From Lepidodermella squamata (Eukaryota > Animalia > Gastrotricha), in contig JBLDXI010000009.1 of assembly GCA_047495785.1 (NCBI GenBank), forward strand, positions 1,798,001 through 1,862,000: a stretch of 64,000 nt of DNA. The letters are read 5' to 3'. Below are positions 27,766-38,486 of this stretch, one piece after another. The translations under genes were made by a program, and so were the position numbers. A model generated the notes under the pieces. That model was not told the DNA's origin. It saw only the letters and a list, made by a program, of their open reading frames with translations, and ran no database searches. Position 1 is the first letter of the stretch. The number at the start of each line of letters is the position of its first letter.

Positions 27766-28628
27766 ATGTCCTTCTTGCGCCATTCGCTATTCCGGGCATT
27801 CAGTGGCTCAGCAAATATTGATATCGCACGGTACTGTTTCCAATTTCAATTGGAGGCGTTACAAAACTTATTTTGATTAGATCATCCAAGAAGCATTTCA
27901 TCTTCGCCGCTCAAGCTGTCCGATATTCTTCAACTTCTACGAAAAAAGAAAGTGAAGAAAGTGCACCTGAAAATATTCAGCAACCAGGAGTTTCTAACGA
28001 ATCGTCATGTCAAGGCTGTAACGATTTATCGCGTCAACTTGCTGACTCTTTGAAGGCATCTGAAATACATTGTCCGCATAACTTAGCTTACCTTGAAACA
28101 TATTACAGGAACAAAAGGAGATCGAAGCTCGAGTGTCTGACCTGACTGATAAATACAAGCGAGCTCTTGCTGAAATGGAGAATGTCCGCCATCGACTTAT
28201 GAAGCAAGCTGATGATGCCAGATTGTTTGCGGTGCAATCATTCGCGAAAGATCTGCTTGTAGTTGCGGACTCTCTCAATCAGGCTGCTAAGAGTGTATCA
28301 ACAGCTTCGTCAAAAATTAATGATGATGGAAATTTTCGCGCGCTATATGATGGCCTTGTTTTGACGGATAATCAGCTACATCAGGTCATCTATTTAGCAC
28401 CTAGAGTTTCTAAATCTATTAGGTTATTTACAGGTTTTCGGGAAGCATGGGCTCTCAAAAGTCAGTCCCGCAGTTGGTGAAAAATTTGATCCCAAAGTTC
28501 ACGAAGCTCTATTTCAACAAGATCCCACGAAAGGTGAAGCTAGCGGCACCATTGCAGTAGTACAAAAGGTTGGATATGTACTTCGTGAGAGATGCATTCG
28601 TCCCGCTGTCGTTGGAGTCTTCAAATAA
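27766..28628 (+). CDS. GRPEL1: Mitochondrial GrpE nucleotide exchange factor, 4 exons
   Basis: DKYKRALAEMENVRHR...FAKDLL.VADSL; FDPKVHEALFQ...GYVLRERCIRPAVVGV; N-terminus resembles a mitochondrial presequence. Confidence 0.93.
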
Positions 28629-29040
28629 CTCGACCGGTTAATTGAGACGTTTGTTGTTGGTGTCCAATGACTATTGATAATCGCTTCGCCAGCGACCGAA
28701 ATTTTTAAAAATTGTAGATCATATATGGAAATAATTGAGCGAAATGTTAATATTCAGTAAAATAACCGACAGTATCCTTCTTTATCTCATTACAAGGTTG
28801 TGATGCTCTTGAATCGCTCTGGAAGAGGTTGAAGCGATTCGAGAACACATGTCAGCTTTTTTACATACATGGCAGGTGTAGGAGTTAACGGATGGGCTTC
28901 CATGCGCCTCATCCAGTCGTTTAGGTTGCTTACTAGCATCGAGACAAGCGGGCGAGCAACAAATAAACGACGAATAATCAAGCAGCGAATTCAAGCAATT
29001 CAAACATTCGTTGATGAAATTGAGCGCTATAAGTTTATTT

Positions 29041-29080
29041 CTGACGATTCGGTTATTTTCCATATGTAACTATCTTCAGG
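29041..29080 (-). ncRNA. Degenerate minimal hammerhead ribozyme in the Penelope pLTR
   Basis: Minus strand CUGAAGA-U-AGUUA(loop)UAACC-GAAUC-GUC-AG versus the expected CUGANGA..stem II..GAAAC-GUC; two substitutions. Confidence 0.55.
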
Positions 29081-29519
29081 GATACAGAGGATGAATTTTC
29101 TCATGAAGTTAAAATTGTAAAATTAAGGCGGATAATTTAAATTAGTGATAGTAAGGATTATAAGCCTAATCTGATCCAGTAAATACGATTAATCTCTAAC
29201 TAAAGTTATCTCGGCCTGGCTCGCCTGCACAGCTCATGAAAAATAAGCTCCATGAAGAGTTTCGCCTTGATTGAATCGGTTTGTTTATTCATATTCGGTT
29301 TCAGCTCCGTATCGCAAACATCTCCAAGACAAGGCAGTCCCATTTGTTGCGTCCTTTCATTAATACTCTAAAGTTCTTATCAATTGCCTCCTTTGCAACG
29401 CCATGACTTTGCATGTGCTTGCCAATATCCGTATATCTGTGCCCACGTTCAACTCGTTAGTGTAGGTGTCGAGACGTCATCCCGACATAATCGGCATCGC
29501 ACCGATCACATTTAAAGTA

Positions 29520-29950
29520 CCGTCAACTGTCAAGCGACTTTGACGGTGGGGTCACTTTGCCATGGGAAAATGGGGTGACTTAAGCATAGCAATTCTCGAA
29601 GGTAGCCATGCTGATACCCCTCGAGTGGGGTACCCTAGGATGGCCCTAGAAAAGGCAAGCATTGATGTGTATACTACACGTCAATCGGTCGCCTTACCTG
29701 GTGATTAAAGACAGGTGAAGTTTATGAAATTTTTTGTTTTTTTGGCAAAATTACAATGACTCCGCAGTTAAGCAGGTGAGATCGAAATGATTGCACTCCG
29801 TCACATTTGGGCTGCCTTCTATGCGGGCTATCCAACGGTTACCCCACTCGAGGGGTATCAGCCTGGCTACCTTCGAGAATTGATGCTTAAGTCACCCCAT
29901 TTTCGCATGGCAAAGTGACCCCACCGTCAAAGTCGCTTGACAGTTGACAG
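29520..29950. mobile_element. MITE (Tc1/mariner superfamily) with ~115-bp TIRs and TA TSD, inserted in the Penelope GIY-YIG
   Basis: TA|CCGTCAACTGTCAAGCGACTTTGACGGTGGGGTCAC ... GTGACCCCACCGTCAAAGTCGCTTGACAGTTGACAG|TA; excision restores VVYYFKC. Confidence 0.93.
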
Positions 29951-31191
29951 TAATACACGACTCGCTGCTCGTTGATGATAGACGGCTTCGTCTCTTTGGG
30001 ACGAAAATTCTCGATGACCTTCCTGCTGACAAATATGGGTTCCAAACCCAGTTCAACCTTATTGCTGAGATCTCTCAATTGCCGTTTTACTATCCTAGAA
30101 GCTTTTTCATCGATGTAGGGAATAGGTTTCTGCGCCTTCTGATTTCTTATCCTCGCTGGATTTAGGTTTGCCAATTTCACCATTAATTTACCATCATCGA
30201 GAATTTTCGTCCCAAAGAGCCGACAATATGGGTCTCATGGCAAGCTCCTTCTCGTGGGTCTTGGGCAAACCTCTGAGGTGCACACGTCTGGCACCCTTGC
30301 TGTACACCAGTTCGGCAATCGCCTTACAGCTTCTTTACCGTCTCGTTTAGCTGTTTTTCACGCTCGAGGGTGATAGAATTACAGAAATCTTACAAGAAGA
30401 ACTGAGGTCAAAATTGGATTGCTATCTCAAAACAGAGTTTACTGCGCAGAGCAAACAAGCACGATCGGTTTGGTCACCATTCCGTTAAATGACCTGTCTA
30501 GTCATTATAGGACGGCTACATTGGAAGCACAACGCGATTGAGTCCGGATTCCGAAAAGGAGCTGAAGAACATGTTTCATAGATGTACATTTCCTGCAAAG
30601 ATAGCTCGGCCCCATGTTTGCCGAGTGCTTAACTTTGCACTCCCGAAAAAGGTATCCAGGGAAGATGTCATGGCGGCGTTTGAGCGCGGGTACTGGGAGT
30701 TGTACTGGGAATCGGAGGAAAGCGACTTCTCGAACTGGCTGTGAAGGACCAACTATTCCTCTTCCCTCTATTCTTCCCTCTCTCTGTTCCAATCTGTCTT
30801 CCAATCTTCCAGATTGCCTGACGCGGCGCTCTTCCTTTTCTTCCCTTTTATAGAAGAATTTCTGGTGTTTAGAGTCACTGACGAGCCAATCAGCTCGCGA
30901 CAAATTTCAATTTGAAAATTATTAAGGCGCATTTTTTATTGTGTTGCTGCGCAGAAAGCGATTTTATTGTCGCACACACAAAAATGCGTGCATTATTACC
31001 TATTTTGTGTGTGTGTGTTTGTGTATTTGAAACGCAAAATGCAGTGAATGAATACTCAGAAGCTGAAAACAACAGAATCACATCTCTCTCAGCGCAAAAG
31101 CCGCTCGTGCTGCATTTTATTTGACACGAATGACGAATGACGAATGACGAGAGGCAAACCCGCTTAGATACAGCCGCAGAGACTTTTTCCG

Positions 31192-31795
31192 GGATGTCTG
31201 TACTTGCACAAACGATTTTGCACAAAATGACTTGCACAAATGCACATGCATGTATGTATGTATGTATGTATAATAGCGTTGGATTCGCACTAAGGCGGTC
31301 TTCCATCCAACGGACGCAGATGGGCGCGTCGAGGTAAGGTGGCGAGTTACCTCTTCTTTGTGTAGACGAAATCGTCCACAAAATTGTTTGCACAAACTCA
31401 ATTTTCCAAGCGGAATCGATTTGAATATGAAAATTGAATGTACCGAATTGAAGGCAAAGCCATCTGGCATCAAAGACCGATTTCGGGACCTGCCTTATGA
31501 GATATTTTAACGCGTCTGATTCGAATTTAAATTACAAGGGGTGGCGAGTTTCACGTTCGGACCCTCGCCAACGATGAATTGATTGAATTAAGCTAAAATC
31601 AATCAGTCAATGATGCCATGCCCATTTTTTCTGCTAGTATTACTCAAGATCGCGCTGCCCTTGCATTAGCCAGCTTCGCTACGCATTGAATGATGAAATC
31701 CGCTTAGAAAATTGAGTTTGTGCAACAAGTTCTGTGCAACTGCATTTGTGCAGGTGATTTTGTGCATAATTGTTTGTGCAAGTACAGGTAAATCC
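31192..31795. mobile_element. Foldback-type MITE (GG..CC termini, TTGCACAAA subterminal repeats, 8-bp TSD TTTTTCCG)
   Basis: GGATGTCTGTACTTGCACAAAC... / ...GTTTGTGCAAGTACAGGTAAATCC; TSD at 31184-31191 and 31796-31803. Confidence 0.85.
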
Positions 31796-32064
31796 TTTTT
31801 CCGCAGTGTGCTTATATAAACTTTTTGTTGTTCGGTTTTTAGTGTTTATTATCGCAACAGGTGTCAGTAGTGTGTTTCTATTCTGACGTCAGAGATTCAT
31901 CAATACTTGAGCGCGAGTTCAGCAACGGCAAAACCACACGCGAAACAAAACTCATTCACTTGTAGTCAACCAAAAAATGGAAAAAACCGAACCTTGCGAG
32001 CTTCATCATCATCTCTTGCTTTATTATTTCGAACGCACAAATAATGGTTATAACATAGAAACAG

Positions 32065-32664
32065 GGTTGTGTGCGAAAAGAGCAAGCGAAATAAGAGCAA
32101 TGATATTAGAGCAATGACATGAGAGCAAAACGAAATAAGAGCAACGAGATAAGAGCAAGATGACATAAGAGCAATTATATTATATTGGTTTTACACTGTG
32201 AATGTATGACTTAGGAGCAAGCGAAAAAAGCGCAGCGAAAAAAGAGCAAGCGATATGAGAGCAAACGAAAAGAGAGCAAACGAAATAAGAGCATAACGAG
32301 ATAAGAGCAATGTAATAAAAAGAGCAATTTTTTGGTACATTGATATGGCAAAAAAGGGCGTCAAGCACGCGATGTTGCTCATTATTTTTCATTAGCAGCC
32401 CCAAAGCCAATCAAAAAAGCGGGTTTCGTTGCCAATTCTTCGAAGAAAAAAACTGATTGGGCGCGTGCGAACTTATGATAGTGGGACGAAAGCTTGACAG
32501 AAAAAATGGCCGCATAGAAGAATAACATTTATATAGCAACTAGAAATAACAATATTGCTCTTATATTAAATTGCTCTTATCTCGTTGCTCTTATTTCGTT
32601 TTGCTCTTATGTCATTGCTCTTATATCATTGCTCTTATTTCGCTTGCTCTTTTCGCACACAACC
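32065..32664. mobile_element. Foldback-type MITE (GG..CC termini, 15-bp ..ATAAGAGCAA tandem subterminal repeats, 8-bp TSD AGAAACAG)
   Basis: GGTTGTGTGCGAAAAGAGCAAGCGAAATAAGAGCAA... / ...TTGCTCTTATTTCGCTTGCTCTTTTCGCACACAACC; TSD at 32057-32064 and 32665-32672. Confidence 0.92.
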
Positions 32665-33059
32665 AGAAACAGAAGTGCGATAGAAAAAAACCATGTAGAC
32701 TGAAGGGTAATACCAGCAGCAGTAACAACCGGGTTAATTAACAGCACATCAAAAGAGGGAGACGCAAAAGACACAGAAATTTACTAGACAGTCTTATTCC
32801 ACGCACGCACGCGCAACAAACAACGAATCGACAGAGAACAGAGCTCTATGACAACCACGACTGCGGAAATATGAAAAGAGCAGGAATGAGAGCAGCAGTA
32901 TTATCAGGGTTGTAATATTATAAGCGACATCTCAACAGGTATTTATTCAACCACAACCGCAACACGACAAGCTCGATGATAATAACGACGAAAATTACGA
33001 CTCTGTCGGATATTACTACTAAGTACAAAACAAACGACTGTGTGCACTTTGCTTGTTAT

Positions 33060-35659
33060 TCAAACGCGACGGTAGCGCCAAGGCTCACGAAGCACATTTA
33101 TAAGAACGGGGTAAAGAAGGTCAATGAACATCGCTTCGACCTTCTTCAACTCATCGGGAATCGCCAAAATACCGAAGTGGATCGGCAGAGCTGGATAGCT
33201 GCGACCATCTTGGGCTAACAACTGGCGGGCGATAGGTGATGTCAGGTCTACATTTCTAATGCTCGATAGGTGGTGACGGATACGTTCCAGCACGTCGTCC
33301 GACTCGCCAACGTAGAAAAGTCCGAGCCCGATCGTGTCGCTGAAGAAATAGACGCCACGAGCCTTGAAGTTGCAACGATTTAACGCGAAATTTAGCTGAC
33401 GCTCTTCGGCCAATTCACTGATGCGCGGTGTCGACATGACCGCCAAATCGGTTAAATCGGCTGTATTCGGTGCTGCTGCTGATGAATCGATGACCTTCTC
33501 ATCCGCGTTGATGATCTCCTCCACAACAGAGATCAATTCATCGACATCCAATTTGCTATCGTTGAACGGTCGAATGAAGGCCATAATCCGATCAGCGATG
33601 ATGACGTCAAATTGTTGCTGCTGCTGCTGCTGGGTGGTGATAGCATAGATAAGTTGGTGCGGGCTCATGTAATCGCGGTTAAAGTCGCAGTAGTACTTCG
33701 ATTTCCATCTGTTGTTGCCGCTGCCAGCAGTGGAAAAAGCCTTGCGCATGACACTCAACTGCTTCAGCGCATCTTCACCGATGTTGTTTGAGGCGTATAG
33801 GCGACTTTCATGGCCGCCTTCGTGCTCTCCATTAGATCGCCAGTGTAGTAGAAGAACAGCTGTATAATATAATAATAAATAAATTATCCATACATCATAA
33901 TGTCATATTATCATGTTTCAAATACTTTGATAATAATATTAATATCAACTTGCGATTTTAGCCAACTGGTTAGCATTTGGTTGATTATCGGGCTGCCACA
34001 GCACCACCAAACGACGGATATCCGGTGCACTGGCGAGATGAGCCGAAAACTTGGCAGCGCCCTCGTTTGAATACGGCGTACCTGATGGGAAAAGGTACTC
34101 GCGTGTTACCTTTGTTTTCGCGTTGGTTAGCGCGAAGACATGCCGACATCCAGCTGGTTCGTCGGCCTTGTAAAGCGACCAGCCGGTGTTTTCGAGCAAG
34201 ACCGATTTTTCAGCGATGAAACGCGACACGTGAAGCGGCGAGCGCAACACGAGTGCGACGTACTGCATCGGGCTGCCGGGGCAATGCATGCACACTTTCG
34301 TACAATTATCTTTAGGCTGCAACTGAAGTTTGGCGACAAATTCGGCTCGAGTTACATCAGCTGCCACGTTCCAGCAGTAAACAGTTTTATATTCGGCAAT
34401 TTCGGCTTTCGGATCGACCCGATAGCGACCAGCGCCGTTACGAAGTTTGCTGCCGAACAGTTCGACCTCAACTTTAGAGCTAATACTGCCAGCCACTCGA
34501 ACATTCGAGCCGTACATTGACAGAAATAGTGATGCTCTTTCCGAATTTCGAAAAATAGCGACGCCGAAAGCGTAAAAAGCGCCCGGAATCACGACGACAT
34601 TAATTTTCAAAACATCGCCGCGCACGCCTCGTTCAGCGAACACCAGCTCGAGGTCAGCGGTGGTAGTCGAGAGAGGAAGCTTTTTGAAAATTACGCAATG
34701 CTCGCAAAATTTCTCCAGCGAACAAATTTGCTCGAGCGCACTGCGTTCGTTGCGCCTATAATCATCAACGTAGTAAAGCGGAACGATCGAGCGCAAGGCT
34801 TTGAAAAATTCGACATCAGCTAAATTTTTGTCGATGTCAAGGTGCGTCCAAATTTGAAAGAGCTCGAGTGCAGCGGCCTTGCAAAACGGCGATAGTCGAA
34901 GTACCGGGCCGGGTAGTTCGATAATCTCCTGGCGTTGCAGAAATGTGCTAGCAGCCAAAGCGCTGGTGAATCGAATCACTACGCGATAGTGCATGTATCC
35001 CGTCATCGGTACTAGAGCCGAAACTAGAGTTCTGGCATCACACGAAACAGCGACCATAAACTTCCGGAGTTTTGCCAGTTGAGCAGCAGTTGCCACTCCG
35101 TGCACTAGCACCCAACAGTCTGGGTTGAAAGATTGCTGCTGCTGCTGCTGTCGCTTGATGCTGACATCAATAATGCCCGAATCGATTAGCGCGGTGGTCA
35201 TCGCTTCGTCGTCATCATGATCAACATCACCATGACCTGAAATCGAATAAGGCTTGCTAATTTCGCTTCGATCGACATCTCTGAACAAGGATGTGTCAGA
35301 CGATAATAATTCATTGAGGATCGAAGGGTTGACTGGCTGCGGCTGAGTTCTTCTTCCACACTATTGCTGGAATAACGCGAATCATCCCAAAGAAGATCGA
35401 CAAAATTCGAATATTGCAGCTGCTCATCATCACCATCATTGTGATCATCTCTAGTGCTAGGAAAACGCGAGTCGTCCCATAGAACTTCCATAATAAAATT
35501 CGAATAATGCTGCTGCTGCTGCTCATCAAGACCTGCTTCACCGACGAGGAATAAACTGCCATCTAACTGCTGTTGGCTTAATTGGCTACTGCCAACTGAC
35601 TCAGCGAATAAGCCATCATCGGCTAGAGCGGCGAGCTGTGATTCGGAAAACCCGGACAT
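33060..35659 (-). CDS. Predicted 819-aa multi-RRM / GIY-YIG endonuclease fusion protein (exons 35659-35287, 35236-33950, 33859-33060)
   Basis: Phase-compatible GT-AG introns of 50 bp and 90 bp join three ORFs into 2460 nt with no internal stop. RRM-like starts CWVLVHGV, CVIFKKLPLSTTTADL and TVYCWNVAADVTRAEF; GIY-YIG motif GVYFF...FYVGESDDVLERIRHH...VEAMFIDLLYPVLIN. Confidence 0.7.
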
Positions 35660-36996
35660 TGAAATAATTTATCTCAACTCTAATAACATAAATAAAGTAA
35701 TAAGGTTAAAATCGTGCCATAATAATAGGTATTATAACTAAGACTTCGCGTAAAAAAATTCGCCGAGTTTATTGTCACAGTTCGAAAAAAATTGTAGCAG
35801 GTCGGGTAACGAAACAAGTCCGCTCAAAATTTACGTAAATCCCGAAGCCTAAAACAAGAACGAGGGCAGCGAGCGAGAAACACTACCATCAATTAAAGCT
35901 CGCAAAACCGTCGAAGAGCAGGGTTGACACGGCACCCTTTCGAAGGATGCAAGAGATTGTCATCACAATGTAAAAAGTTGAAAATAATCAGAAACAGATG
36001 AAAGATAATAGCAATGAGCAACACAAAAGTTCACAGAACAGTTTCAACTTAGGCCAAATTCAGAGAGCTAAGGTGCTGGTCGTAGATCTAAAAGACACAA
36101 ATGAAAAGAAAATTCTAATAATATTTATCCACACAAAATAGCAAACCTTGAGAGCATCGGTCGAGCTAATTTTTGGGAAGCCGGTAGGGTTCGACTTGTA
36201 CGCTTCTACCACATCGAAAACGACCTCCGTCATCACTTTTGGGTTGTTGACGAGCTGCGCTAATCGCTGGCAGGTTTTCAGCGAATTCTCGCCTGGCGCC
36301 CATTCTTTTGCCGCAATGTAGAAGGCAGCAAGCACGCAGCTTTCGGTAGGCGCCATTCCGAATCGAGTGAAGACGTGATAGGCATTAGCCGCAAAAGCCT
36401 ATCAAATTCGATGAAAATTCGAAGAAAATTAAATAAATTTAAAAAGAATTTAAAAATGTTGCTAAACGAACTATAACATGAATTTTACGAATTTCTAATT
36501 GAATTATCAAAAGCGCGATAGGTACTTGATATATAAAATGCGAAGTCACATGGAAATGGAAAATCTCACCTTAGACAAGAACAGCTGGCCGAGTTCGTGG
36601 CCACGGATCTTCTCGAAATAGGGATTGCCTGCGACTACTAGGGTGTATTTTTTTATTCCCCGCCTCGCCCGGGGTAGCCCGCCGGATTTCACGGGAAAAC
36701 AATAAAAAAATCCGGGCTGGACGGGCAATGAGCACATTTTTTTATTCGCCCGTGTTTTGGTGCGGATGAGCTAGGATTTTCTGAGAATCGCGGGAAAATA
36801 GCAATAAAAAAATCTGGGAAACGCGGGCGCCCGAATGCATTCAGCAATACAGCCCAACTCTCCCGCGGGAAAGCGGGGAAACGCGGAATAATTATTGAAT
36901 GTTATCGGGTAGATCCGGAAAGTAACATCGCCTGAGCGCGTTTTTAACAATGCGCGTGATTCATGCTAATATCAGAAACTCTACCTATATAGTAAA

Positions 36997-38486
36997 GGGT
37001 CTAAATAAGTGCACCACCTAAAATAAGGTTCCAGCACTAAATTTGAGAGTACGTTTACCTAATTTGCAAACAGCTTACACTAAATTATTTGGGCACCTAA
37101 ATATGAGTTCCAGCACTAAATATCAGCATTCAGTGTCTATTACTGCTGTTAAGACCAGGTGAGGCTCTCAGGCATTCTCGACCACGCGTCTTCAGACCAT
37201 GCATGCTTAGGGTTTTACCTTATTCCCATAGAGAAAAAGTCACCAGAATAAGCACTCAAGCTGAAATTTTCATTTGCCTTATTATATTGAGCGCTTCTCC
37301 ATTGTTCAACAAATTTTGAAAGCATGTAGAACGCGAGCTGCTCTTTCATGTGGTATATATAAGATTTGAGGTGGGCAATTGCTCCTCAGTCTTGATCTCA
37401 TCAAAATAAATGAAATCGTAGTAAAAAAGCGGTTTTTGTATCGTCACAACAGTTGGGTTGCCTACCTCAAATCTTGTACCACGAGAAAGAGCAGCTCGCG
37501 TTCTATATGCATGTTCTATATCCGTTTTGAGAAATTCAACTTTAAATAAAAATGAAGATTCTGAAATTTTAGCTTGAGTGCTTAATGCCAGACATGAAAA
37601 TAAGGCCTATTATGCAAATGAGCCATGACGTTGAGATTAGCATCGCGTTATGATACACTCTTTTGCTCACTGCCGACAACTTTGCTCCGAACGCCGCCAT
37701 TGGCTCTTTTACGCGGGACCATCATGGTGGGACACTGAGTTACAGTATGGACTGTATTTCGGTGGCTTCTTCCGAAAACTTATCAGAGCTTCAATAATAT
37801 ATTTAGAGCTAATTGAGACATTGCAATCTCTATTATCGCAGTCATTGTTTAAAGGTTAGGCGTTGCGCAATAATGGTAACAGACGGCTTTTACCTTATGA
37901 AATGGATAGGATAGAGATGGGACTGTCATGATTTGCCACGTCGCGTTTCTGCAGGAGGCGAGCGGCTAGTAGCAAAGACTAAAATAGTATTTGCCCATGG
38001 CTATGGTAGACTATGGTAGACTAATGCTTCCCTCCTAAAAGAGGCCTTCTCAACGTAACTTAGATTTCAACACCCTGCCTTATTTGCATAGGAGCTTATT
38101 TTTTACGGCCTGGCAAACTTTTGACCTTTGACCTGCCAGTGATGCGTGAACCTGCTTGCGATTAGCGGCGGAATAACATTACAACCAAATTTGTGGTTAC
38201 TTAGTGTGGAATTTTTCATGGTTGATTCATCTTGCTTGGGGATAGGGTACAGGGAATAGGCCCCCGGTCGCTTGGCTGATCCTCGAAGTAACTGCTATCC
38301 AGCGGCCTCGCCAGTGCGACATGATGGCATTCCTATCCATGAATTAGGTGGTGGCTTTGTATATTTAGTGCTAGAGTTGCTTATTTAGTCCTAAATAGGA
38401 TTAGTGGGAGCGACTTTCAAATTTAGTGCTGGAGCTCCAAATTTAGTGCTGGAGTCTTTATTTAGGTAGGTGCAGTTGGCACACCC
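36997..38486. mobile_element. Mutator-like non-autonomous element nested in the hAT, 9-bp TSD TATAGTAAA
   Basis: GGGT.. termini, CCAGCACTAAAT repeats inverted at both ends, perfect TSD at 36988-36996 and 38487-38495. Confidence 0.85.
37251..37582. mobile_element. Palindromic MITE nested in the MULE (a second degenerate TIR element follows at ~37589-38113)
   Basis: AGCACTCAAGCTGAAATTT ... AAATTTTAGCTTGAGTGCT; internal arms TAGAACGCGAGCTGCTCTTTC / GAAAGAGCAGCTCGCGTTCTA. Confidence 0.75.

Larger units (their letters stand above)
28780..30500 (-). mobile_element. Internally deleted Penelope-like retroelement (RT N-terminal remnant + GIY-YIG endonuclease + pLTR)
   Basis: GLPKTHEKELAMRPILSA (~30230-30280). 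After removing the MITE: VVYYFKCDRCDADYVGMTSRHLH*RV..HRYTDIGKH...LEMFAI..LKPNMNKQTDSIKAKLF, with stops and frameshifts. Confidence 0.88.

Noticed and set aside
30879-30905. Hammerhead ribozyme (CTGACGAG...); also CTGATGAG at 40231
   Set aside because: No stem II followed by GAAA.
32065-32664. CRISPR-like array of regularly spaced repeats
   Set aside because: 15-bp period with no unique spacers, mirrored at both ends and bounded by an 8-bp TSD; it is a foldback transposon in a eukaryote.
33060-33758. Assignment of the GIY-YIG ORF to SLX1, ANKLE1 or Penelope EN
   Set aside because: No RING-variant, ankyrin/LEM, CCHH pattern or adjacent RT.
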